IMG/VR virus record: IMGVR_UViG_3300033067_000820
Span: 1 to 44,645 of that record
Origin: a virus
Taxonomy: Duplodnaviria; Caudoviricetes
Length of the DNA: 44,645 nt
Strand: one strand, 5' to 3'
Shown: piece by piece, positions 17,423 through 25,858 of the stretch
Position numbering within the stretch: the first letter of the stretch is position 1
Layout: every line of letters starts with the position of its first letter
Notes under the pieces: generated by a model
Databases searched by the model: none
Seen by the model: only the letters and a program-made list of their open reading frames with translations
Told to the model about the DNA's origin: nothing
Position numbers and translations under genes: made by a program

Positions 17423-17914
17423 ATGGCTACGAACTACTCTGCCGTCGCGACCAATCACAAATCGGTCACGAACACCAAGAACCCGACGACCGCGACGGAA
17501 GGGACGCTCAAGTCCTCGTCTGTCACGATCTCGATTGCCGCCGCGGACTCGGATGGCGATATCTACCACATGCTGCCTGTGTTCAGCTCGTGGTCGATCA
17601 AGCACATCTGGGTCTACAACGATGCGATCACGTCGGGCACCAGCTATGACATCGGCCTCTACACGACGGCGGCAACGCCTGCGGTGGTGGACGTCGATGC
17701 CTACGCATCCGCCGTTGATATGTCATCGGCCCGCACATCGGCCCCGATTGATGCCGCCTTCGAAGCTCGCAACATCACCGCGATTGCTCAGAAGGTCCAT
17801 CAGGACGGCGCTGTGACGACGGACCCGAGCGCTTGGTATTGGCTCTCGCTGACGGCCAACACGGTCGGCTCGGCGCAGGGCGATATCACGATCGTTGTCG
17901 AATACGTCGAATAA
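17423..17914 (+). CDS. Capsid decoration/cement protein
   Basis: Beta-rich 163-aa protein between the capsid gene and a terminator. Confidence 0.65.
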   Translation: MATNYSAVATNHKSVTNTKNPTTATEGTLKSSSVTISIAAADSDGDIYHMLPVFSSWSIKHIWVYNDAITSGTSYDIGLYTTAATPAVVDVDAYASAVDMSSARTSAPIDAAFEARNITAIAQKVHQDGAVTTDPSAWYWLSLTANTVGSAQGDITIVVEYVE

Positions 17915-17916
17915 CG

Positions 17917-17954
17917 AAAACGGCGGGGGGCTTCGGTCCCCCGCTCCGCTTTTG
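17917..17954 (+). terminator. Rho-independent terminator after the head genes
   Basis: AAAACGGCGGGGGGC-TTCG-GTCCCCGCTCCGCTTTT hairpin with cUUCGg loop and T-tract. Confidence 0.7.
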
Positions 17955-17962
17955 GGGGGGGC

Positions 17963-18541
17963 ATGGTTACGGAAACCGACATCGCCAACATGGCCCTGTC
18001 TCGCATGGGGCATAACCGGCTGATGACGTCGTTCGATGACGACGCGACCACCGAAGGAAATCTTGTCCGTCTGCACTACCCGCGGCTGCGTGACTCAATC
18101 CTGCGCTCGCATCCCTGGAATTTCGCAATCAAGCGGGCTGTTCTTGCCCCTGAAGGATCAGCGCCGGCATACGAGTACACCTACAAGTCTCCTCTCCCGA
18201 ATGACTGCCTCAAGGTGCTGCGCACCCGCGTCGAGTCAGAGAACATCGAGGACGACTACCGCGTTGAGGGCCGCTACGTGCTCTCGAACTCCAATGCAAC
18301 GTCTATCGAATACGTCTCCCGTGTCACTGACCCTGCGCAGTTCGACACGATGTTCGTTGACATGCTGGCGTGGGCACTGGCCGCCGAATGCGCCATGCCG
18401 CTGATCAATGACGCTCGCGTGGCGCAGAACGCCGCTTCCATGTTCCAAAGCTTGCAGCGTGACGCTCGCTCTGTGGACGCGCAGGAAGGCAAGCCGCGGC
18501 CGATCATCGATGCCTACGACTGGATCATAGCTAGGTACTGA
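17963..18541 (+). CDS. Tail tubular protein A (adaptor, T7 gp11-like)
   Basis: DIANMALSRMG, LRSHPWNFAIKR, LPNDCLKV, LAWALAAE. Confidence 0.88.
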   Translation: MVTETDIANMALSRMGHNRLMTSFDDDATTEGNLVRLHYPRLRDSILRSHPWNFAIKRAVLAPEGSAPAYEYTYKSPLPNDCLKVLRTRVESENIEDDYRVEGRYVLSNSNATSIEYVSRVTDPAQFDTMFVDMLAWALAAECAMPLINDARVAQNAASMFQSLQRDARSVDAQEGKPRPIIDAYDWIIARY

Positions 18542-21348
18542 TGTCCCAGGTCCGCGCCTTACTCTCGAATTTTTCCGGTGGTGAACTCTCCCCACGTGTC
18601 CAAGGGCGCGTGGACATCAAACGCTATGCGTCCGGCTGCCGTGAACTCACCAACGCACTCGTTGTGCCGCATGGTGGCGCAAAGAAGCGGCCGGGAACCA
18701 AGTTCATCGTGCGGCAGAAGAGCAATTCCGACACGGTGCAGTTGGTCTATTTCCAGTATTCGACTGAGCAAGCTTATGTGCTGGTGTTCGGGCCGAGCTA
18801 CGTCTGGTTTCTAAAGGACCAGGCTGTTATCACGGGCTCATCCAAGACCATCACTGGCATCACCAAGGGAAGCCCGGCCGTCGTCACAGCGGCAAGCCAC
18901 GGCTTCTCGAACGGCGATGTGGTGCTGCTTCAGAGCATCGGCGGCATGACGGAACTCAATAACCGTCATTATGTGGTTGCGAGCGTCACCACCAACACCT
19001 TCGCGCTAACCGGCGTGAACTCGCTTGGGTATACGACCTACACCAGCGGCGGCACGGCGGCGAAGATTGTCTCGCTTCCCACGACCTACGCGGCTGATGA
19101 GGTGGCCGATCTGCAGTTTAGCCAGATCAACGACGTGCTTTACATCGCGCACAAGAACCACCCGCTACGCAAGATCTCGCGCCTCTCGCATACGTCGTGG
19201 ACGCTGACGGAGCCCGATATCACCACGGGGCCTTTTCGGACCATCAACGGCAATCGCCAGACGCGCATGCAACCGGTGTTCGATAACTACACGATCAGTG
19301 GCGCGACAAATGCGACCGAATGCGTACTCACCATCGGGACGCACTCCATCACGGTCGGCCAGTTTGTCGGCGTTGACAACGTCGTAGGCATGACAGGTGG
19401 CGGCGGGCTTGGTGGCGGCACCACAGCATCAGCCATCAACGGAACCACGTGGTACGTTTCGGCGGTTAGCTCCACCACCATTACGATCAACTGCGATAGC
19501 TCCGGCATGAGCAGCTATACGAGCGGCGGAACGGTAACGGTCGTCTCGTCGCAGTATGGCACGTACATCGTAGGCGATCAGTTCAACCTCACCTGCACCG
19601 CGAACGTGTTCAATTCGGGCCATGTCGGCGCACTGTTCCGGCTCAACGAAGAAGGCGGCTCTACTGGTATCGTGAGTGCTCCGGTCGGCAATGATCAGGT
19701 CTCGCTCTACGGCGGCCAGGTCTACACCTACGAGGGCAACGTCTACGGTGTTGGCGCAATCTATGACTACACGGGCCAGGGCGGATCGGTCGGAACACCA
19801 ACTGGTGGCAAGACCTGGGAAACCATCGGCCGCGTTCCCGCTCATACGGATGGCACAGTGCGGGTCTACGGCTCCAAGCCGTCGTCTGGCGTGGCCGCGG
19901 CGTTTGACAGTGACTTTCTGCACCCCGGCTACTGCATCGTCAGGGTGATTGAGTACGTCGCGGCTGATGAAGTGCGGGTTGAGCTTGTGCGCTATCAGTT
20001 GCCATCGTCGATCGCCGCAACCGGAACCTCATTCTGGGAAGAGGGCGCATGGTCGCTCTATCGGGGCTATCCCGGCGCTATCACGTTCTTTGAATCGCGT
20101 TTGTGGCTGGCGGGCTCTGCCTCTGACCCAACGATGATGTGGGCTTCAAACTCAGCAGCATTCGAGAGCTTCGAGGACGGGGCCAATGATGACGACGCAC
20201 TCGTCTATCGTCTGGCATCGGGTGCGGGTGACGTCATCAGGTGGATGTCAGGCGGGCGCATTCTCACGGCCGGCACGTCTGGTGGTGAGTATGCGGTTGC
20301 GGCGAGCAATCAGAACGAAGCGCTGACGCCATCCAACATCCAGGCCAAGATCCAAACCACGTTCGGAACCAGCACAGCACAGCCGGTTCGCATCAATCAG
20401 GCAGTGCTCTATCCGCAACGCTCGGGTGACGTGACCAATGCAGCCCGCAAACTGCGAGAGTTTGCCTACTCATTCCAGGCCGACGCCTATACGAGCCAGG
20501 ATCTAACAATCTTCTCAGAGCACATCACCGGCTCTGGCTACGATCAGATCTGCTACGTGACGGACCCAGATAGCACGATCTATCTACGCCGCATCGATGG
20601 CAAGCTATGCGCCTGCACCTACGAGCGTGAGCAAGAGGTCATTGCCTGGCATCGCCACGTGCTCGGCGGTACGAATGCCGTGTGCGAAAGCATCGTGTCC
20701 ATCCCCGGATCTGATGGCGATGAGATCTATCTATCTGTTGCGCGAACCATTGGTGGGACGACTGTCAAGAGTCTTGAGGTGTTCGCGCCTGATTTCCGGG
20801 CGGATACAGCAAAGGAAGACGGGATCTTCCTTGATAGTGCCGCGGTCTATTCCGGTTCGTCCACGACCACCATCAGCGGCTTGAACCATCTCGAGGGCCA
20901 GACTGTTGACGTGCTCAACAACGGCAATGTGGAGCGCGGCAAGACGGTGACGGGTGGACGCATCACGCTCGATATCGCGACGACCAAGGCCGTGATTGGC
21001 CTACGCTACAGCACCGTCATTGAAACGACTGACATCGAGGCTGGGGCTCGCGCCGGCACCGGGCAATCGCGTCCGAAGAAGATTTCGCAAGTGTGGATCA
21101 GGCTACTCAACTCGTTGGGTGGCGTGGTTCGGACGGGTGGCGCAGAGGCGCGTGATCTTGATCAGCGCGATATTCTCTACCGCCGTACAGCCGATGTGAT
21201 GGACTCATCACCACCGCTATTTACTGGCCTCGTTCCGATCACTTTGAATGGCGGTTGGCAGCGCGATGCTGTAGTAAGACTTGAACATGATGACCCTCTC
21301 CCGTTCTTCGTTTTGGGTATCGTAGCTGAACTCGACACGAATGGGTGA
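18541..21348 (+). CDS. Tail tubular protein B (nozzle, T7 gp12-like) with two FCCH-like beta inserts
   Basis: NFSGGELSP...GGAKKRPGT, GYPGAITFFESRLWLAG, EQEVIAWHRH, HLEGQTV. Confidence 0.9.
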   Translation: MSQVRALLSNFSGGELSPRVQGRVDIKRYASGCRELTNALVVPHGGAKKRPGTKFIVRQKSNSDTVQLVYFQYSTEQAYVLVFGPSYVWFLKDQAVITGSSKTITGITKGSPAVVTAASHGFSNGDVVLLQSIGGMTELNNRHYVVASVTTNTFALTGVNSLGYTTYTSGGTAAKIVSLPTTYAADEVADLQFSQINDVLYIAHKNHPLRKISRLSHTSWTLTEPDITTGPFRTINGNRQTRMQPVFDNYTISGATNATECVLTIGTHSITVGQFVGVDNVVGMTGGGGLGGGTTASAINGTTWYVSAVSSTTITINCDSSGMSSYTSGGTVTVVSSQYGTYIVGDQFNLTCTANVFNSGHVGALFRLNEEGGSTGIVSAPVGNDQVSLYGGQVYTYEGNVYGVGAIYDYTGQGGSVGTPTGGKTWETIGRVPAHTDGTVRVYGSKPSSGVAAAFDSDFLHPGYCIVRVIEYVAADEVRVELVRYQLPSSIAATGTSFWEEGAWSLYRGYPGAITFFESRLWLAGSASDPTMMWASNSAAFESFEDGANDDDALVYRLASGAGDVIRWMSGGRILTAGTSGGEYAVAASNQNEALTPSNIQAKIQTTFGTSTAQPVRINQAVLYPQRSGDVTNAARKLREFAYSFQADAYTSQDLTIFSEHITGSGYDQICYVTDPDSTIYLRRIDGKLCACTYEREQEVIAWHRHVLGGTNAVCESIVSIPGSDGDEIYLSVARTIGGTTVKSLEVFAPDFRADTAKEDGIFLDSAAVYSGSSTTTISGLNHLEGQTVDVLNNGNVERGKTVTGGRITLDIATTKAVIGLRYSTVIETTDIEAGARAGTGQSRPKKISQVWIRLLNSLGGVVRTGGAEARDLDQRDILYRRTADVMDSSPPLFTGLVPITLNGGWQRDAVVRLEHDDPLPFFVLGIVAELDTNG

Positions 21349-21354
21349 TGCCTG

Positions 21355-21822
21355 ATGTGCGGGGCTGCACTAGGACTCGTTGGCGCTGGTGTGTCGGCTA
21401 TCGGCCAGATGGCCGCGGCCGATGGTCAAGCCAAGGCGGCCGAGTACAATGCAAAAGTGGAGAAGATCAACGCTCGGACGGAGCGCCAGAAAGGCGTTGT
21501 TGATCAGGAGCGGATCGAGACCAAGTATCAAAAGATCGAAGGCACTGGCATTGCGAACGCGGCCAAGAGCGGAATTGATCCGCTGACTGGTAGCGCGGCG
21601 ATGGTGATCTTCGGTGAGGGCAGCGCCAATCGGGCGGCTGACACCTCAATGGCCTACGTGAACGCCGAAGGCAAAGCCACGGCGCACGACAACAAGGCCA
21701 AGGACTATGAGATGCAAGCGCAGAACGCTCGTGAAGCGGGCATGTTTTCTGCTGCTGGTTCCTTCCTCAATGGCGTGGCTGGCGCAGCAAAGAGCGGCGG
21801 CCCCCTCATGATCAACGGGTGA
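21355..21822 (+). CDS. Internal virion (ejection) protein, T7 gp14-like
   Basis: MCG start, Ala/Gly-rich, AKSGID..GS motif, directly after the nozzle gene. Confidence 0.75.
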   Translation: MCGAALGLVGAGVSAIGQMAAADGQAKAAEYNAKVEKINARTERQKGVVDQERIETKYQKIEGTGIANAAKSGIDPLTGSAAMVIFGEGSANRAADTSMAYVNAEGKATAHDNKAKDYEMQAQNAREAGMFSAAGSFLNGVAGAAKSGGPLMING

Positions 21823-21828
21823 CGCACA

Positions 21829-24800
21829 TTGGCCCGCATACCTCGCACTGACGCTGAAGTAGGCTTTGCCGCCCCGATGATGCCAACCATCTCGGGGGAG
21901 AGTTACGCTGCGCCTGGCAAGGCGCTAGCGTCGCTCGGCAATGCGATAGGCAATCTAGGTGATGCGTTTGCAGGCCAGTTGAACAAGGAAGAATCCTTCC
22001 GCGATCAGTTGGCTATCAATAAATTCGACGGCGAGGAGACAATCAGGTCAATTGAGGCCAAGGCAAATTTCAACGAGCAAGACCCGAACGATTGGGCGAT
22101 CAAGCAGCACGCAGCGCGCACTCAGCGTTTCAATCAGGTCTATGCCTCACTGCGCACGGACGAAGGCCGCAAGCGGGCACAAACGTACCAGACCACTCGC
22201 TTCAATAACTACTACGAGCACGACTTCTCGCATGAGATGAACAAGCGTCAGGAGATCATCTTCAAAGGCACGGAAGATGCTGTCGTTGGCGAGTATGCAA
22301 GGATCGACTTCAACGCTGATCCTGAGACTATCGTCGAGTCGGTAAAGGCGGCGCAGAAACAGGCATCCGGCATTATCGGCGCGGCCACGCTTCAAAAGAA
22401 AGACCAGCTTTACGAGAAATCTAAGGATCACTTCGTCAACTCACTGAAGCGTGCCTTCACGGATGAAACCGGGCACGTAAAGCCTGAGTTCTACGAAATG
22501 GCCCCGAAGCTCCTTCAAGAGCTTGGTGGGGCACCGCAGCCGCAACAAGGCCGTGTTGGTCCGCAGTCAAGCGTGTCGCCGTCGTCTGGCGGCACAGTAG
22601 ACTTCAGTGAAGGCGGCAAGCTTCGCTATAACACGTCAGTTCCGGCCAGCATTCGGCACAACAATCCAGGCGCAACATATCCCGCGAACTGGATGAAAGA
22701 ATACGGGATGAACGGCGTCGATATCATCGGCGGCGGGCATAAAATCGCGAACTTTCCCGATGCCGTGAGCGGTGCCGCCGCCAATATCGACCTGATGCAC
22801 CGGGGCTATGCGGGGATGCCGCTATCAGCCGCCATCCGCAAATGGTCGGGCGGCAACTCACCAGAAGCCTACACGGCGGCCGTATCGAAGGCGCTCGGCA
22901 TCTCGCCAAACACGGTGCTCACCAAGGAGATCATCGCATCTGACGGCTGGAAGATACTGAAGGCTCAATCGCAGTTTGAGTCAGGCGGAAAGCAATTCGC
23001 GCTATCAGACGACCAGTGGCAATCTGCACAGGGTATGTTCCGCGAGAAGCGCGGCCTTGGTGGCCCTGTTTCTGCGGTTGCCTCTGTTGCCAAGCCCGAC
23101 AAGCACAGCGGCATCCTGACCAGCCTGGATGACAGCCCGACACCGCAGGAGATCAGATCATCCGGCGCGTCCGTGCTTGACATGGATCTGAGCAAGCCCG
23201 GTGCGAAACTTGCTATTCGTGAAGCCAAGCAGAAGGGAATGAAAGTCGCGGCCTATCATGAAGGCGCAGGCGGTGGGGCATCGTGGGGTGAAGGCTCGCG
23301 CGATCTTACGCAATCATCCGAACTAACGAAGCTACAAGACGAAGCCAAGGCGCTCGCGAAGTCGGGGGCTGATTACCTTCACGTCGATAATCTGCATGAT
23401 CTCAAGCCGGACCAGCTTGCCAAGGTGGCACAGGCTGTGAAGGACGCCGGTCTCACCATGATCGGCAAGAACAACCCGCAAAGTTGGCTCGAGGTCATCC
23501 AGAAGAACCCAGACTTGAAACCTCCATACGTCGTGATCGAACACGGCATGAAGGACAAGGCGACGATCGAGGCGGCGCGGAAGCTATCTGAAGCTGGTGT
23601 GCCCGTGCATTTCGTCGAGTTCGGTGATCCCGGCATTGACAAGTCCACAGGCCAGCCGCGGCGTGATCCGGTGGCGACGCCTGATGAAGCCAAGGCGTTT
23701 GCTGATGCAAACCCGTGGGCCGCCGGCGTCACGCATATGAAGTCACAGGACAGCTACAACGGGCGCGAGAGTGCAGGGGCTAAAACCTTCAGGGCTGAGA
23801 ACACGATACCAGGCGCTCCGGTTCGCGTGGCTGATGCATCAGGCCGCACGGTTCCTGGCAACGTAGACCCGACACAGCTTCGCATTCGTGAGTATCTGAT
23901 CAACCATCAGGACGAGTTCGCCAAGGCCAAGGCCGTTGCTGAAATGCGGGTGGTTGGGGATGCGAGTGCATCGATTGACCAGATCATCAAGCATGCCGAA
24001 GCCGGTGGCGACGTCGGCAACAAGATGGTCGATGACATCACCGACAAGCTGTTCAAGATCAACCCTGCACTGGCGGCGAAGTACGGGCTTGAAGAAAAGT
24101 TGACCGCGGCGCTCGAGTTTGTTGATGAGGCCAACCAGTACAAGCTCTTAAACCTGCAACAGCAGGAAACCGTATTGAGCCAGCGGCGCAAGGCGCTTGC
24201 GGCCAATCTCGACAAGCTTCCAATGCCGGTGGTCGAAGCCGAGACACAGGCGCTCAAGCGCTTCGAAGCCCTGCACAACAACGCTAAGGAGGGGATGAAA
24301 AAAGACCTCCTGACGTGGGCTGAAAAGGTCGGGGTGCAGGAAGTGCCCGAAACCAATTGGGGCGATCCCGCTTCTATCCTGCAGCGTGTGAACGATGCCA
24401 AGGCGATTGCAGAGCACTTTGGCACGGATGCGCAGTTCTTCAAGGAGGGCGACAAGAAGCTCCTCACCGACAGGCTCAAGGCTGGCGGGCCTGAGATGCT
24501 GGCGGGGCTCAAGGTTCTCTATCAAGGCTTCGGTCCTTCGGGGAACATGGAAAAGGCGATGGCGCAGCTAGGAAAGCTCGCGCCTGAAACAGCAATGGCG
24601 GGCTGGATGATGACGGCCGGTCACAGCCAAGGCACGATAGACGATCTCGCCGCGGGCATTCAGCGCCAGCGCATGCGCGAGATGGGCGACAAGAAGATTG
24701 CAGACATCAGGCACACCGATAGCCGCAAGGTTTTCATTGATACCTACGGCCAAGCCTTCTCCCGCATGCCGGGAACGGAAGGCGCGATCATTGAATCAGC

Positions 24801-25629
24801 GAACGCGATCTATGAAGCGCGAGCCGCGCGCAAAGGTTGGACCGACCCGCAACCGGCCGAATACAAGAAGATCCTTTCAGAGGTCGTTGGCCAGACGGTG
24901 GACGAGAAGGGCGCTACATACGGCGGCATTCAGACCGTAGGCGGCATGTTCGACAAGTCGATAACGGATTCAGGCATTGGCCATTCGAACTCCATCGTTC
25001 TGCCGATGAACGTCAAAAATACGTGGTCGATCGGCTCGCCATTCGGATCAAGCGGCGGCAACTCCTACAAGCAGTTGGTAGACGCGATACGCATTGACGA
25101 TCTGGTGCGTCAGGATCGGTCGAGCAGTGGCCCCGCAACAGGTGACGGCAAGCCGCTTGGCGTCGATAGCGTGCGCCGCGCGACACCGGTTACGGTTGGT
25201 CCGGGGCAATACTGGCTGGCGACGGGCGATCCGAACAGCGAAGATCCGAAGTTCATCAAGCAGGGCACGACTGGCAATAACTACGTGCTGGATCTCGGAG
25301 CCTTGGAGCCAGCACTAAAGACCCGCCGCCCCGATCTCTACAAAGGCTATCAGTCTAAATCCGACGTCTGGACCCCAGGCGTTCCGGCCCCAGCACCGCA
25401 GAAGTTCCAAGGTGACTTCCAGCACGGATCGGACGTGCTCGAAAAGGTCGATCAAGTCGCGCCGCAGAACTACCAGCCGGGGCCAACGGAGAGCACCAAC
25501 GTCATTGATGAGCGGCCATCAACGACCTACTCGCAGGGCCGCAATGGTCAGGCACGCCAGCCCAATCAGATCCCGATGCCTAGCGCTGCCCAGACGCCGG
25601 ATCAACTGAAGGGCTTGCTGCCGAACTGA
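21829..25629 (+). CDS. Internal virion (ejection) protein with lysozyme-like and GH114-like inserted domains
   Basis: MARIP start; SIRHNNPGA...FPDAVSG...AIRKWS (about 22620-23050); VLDMDL...GMKVAAY...GADYLHVDN...IGKNN...VVIEH (about 23160-23760). Confidence 0.75.
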   Translation: MARIPRTDAEVGFAAPMMPTISGESYAAPGKALASLGNAIGNLGDAFAGQLNKEESFRDQLAINKFDGEETIRSIEAKANFNEQDPNDWAIKQHAARTQRFNQVYASLRTDEGRKRAQTYQTTRFNNYYEHDFSHEMNKRQEIIFKGTEDAVVGEYARIDFNADPETIVESVKAAQKQASGIIGAATLQKKDQLYEKSKDHFVNSLKRAFTDETGHVKPEFYEMAPKLLQELGGAPQPQQGRVGPQSSVSPSSGGTVDFSEGGKLRYNTSVPASIRHNNPGATYPANWMKEYGMNGVDIIGGGHKIANFPDAVSGAAANIDLMHRGYAGMPLSAAIRKWSGGNSPEAYTAAVSKALGISPNTVLTKEIIASDGWKILKAQSQFESGGKQFALSDDQWQSAQGMFREKRGLGGPVSAVASVAKPDKHSGILTSLDDSPTPQEIRSSGASVLDMDLSKPGAKLAIREAKQKGMKVAAYHEGAGGGASWGEGSRDLTQSSELTKLQDEAKALAKSGADYLHVDNLHDLKPDQLAKVAQAVKDAGLTMIGKNNPQSWLEVIQKNPDLKPPYVVIEHGMKDKATIEAARKLSEAGVPVHFVEFGDPGIDKSTGQPRRDPVATPDEAKAFADANPWAAGVTHMKSQDSYNGRESAGAKTFRAENTIPGAPVRVADASGRTVPGNVDPTQLRIREYLINHQDEFAKAKAVAEMRVVGDASASIDQIIKHAEAGGDVGNKMVDDITDKLFKINPALAAKYGLEEKLTAALEFVDEANQYKLLNLQQQETVLSQRRKALAANLDKLPMPVVEAETQALKRFEALHNNAKEGMKKDLLTWAEKVGVQEVPETNWGDPASILQRVNDAKAIAEHFGTDAQFFKEGDKKLLTDRLKAGGPEMLAGLKVLYQGFGPSGNMEKAMAQLGKLAPETAMAGWMMTAGHSQGTIDDLAAGIQRQRMREMGDKKIADIRHTDSRKVFIDTYGQAFSRMPGTEGAIIESANAIYEARAARKGWTDPQPAEYKKILSEVVGQTVDEKGATYGGIQTVGGMFDKSITDSGIGHSNSIVLPMNVKNTWSIGSPFGSSGGNSYKQLVDAIRIDDLVRQDRSSSGPATGDGKPLGVDSVRRATPVTVGPGQYWLATGDPNSEDPKFIKQGTTGNNYVLDLGALEPALKTRRPDLYKGYQSKSDVWTPGVPAPAPQKFQGDFQHGSDVLEKVDQVAPQNYQPGPTESTNVIDERPSTTYSQGRNGQARQPNQIPMPSAAQTPDQLKGLLPN

Positions 25630-25858
25630 GCCGGCGACGGCGTGCTGCGCGATAATGCGGGATAAGTCCACCGACGAAGTAAGCGGCGAAGCACGACGCA
25701 GTTAGAATCGCGATCTCAGCGGCGACATCCGCGGGGCCATAGCCAAGCCAAGACCAGCGCGTTGCGTGCATTACACTCATTACCGCGACTGCGGTCGGTA
25801 CGAGTGGCCAACGCCATTGAGCGTAACCTGCGTAGAAGCAGAACAGAACGGCCAGCAT
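25580..25858 (-). CDS. Small antisense multi-TM membrane protein (superinfection-exclusion candidate)
   Basis: GGGGAG RBS 9 nt before the ATG at 25858, about three hydrophobic segments, fills the gap between two ejection genes. Confidence 0.55.
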   Translation of the reverse strand: MLAVLFCFYAGYAQWRWPLVPTAVAVMSVMHATRWSWLGYGPADVAAEIAILTASCFAAYFVGGLIPHYRAARRRRLSSAASPSVDPASGQR

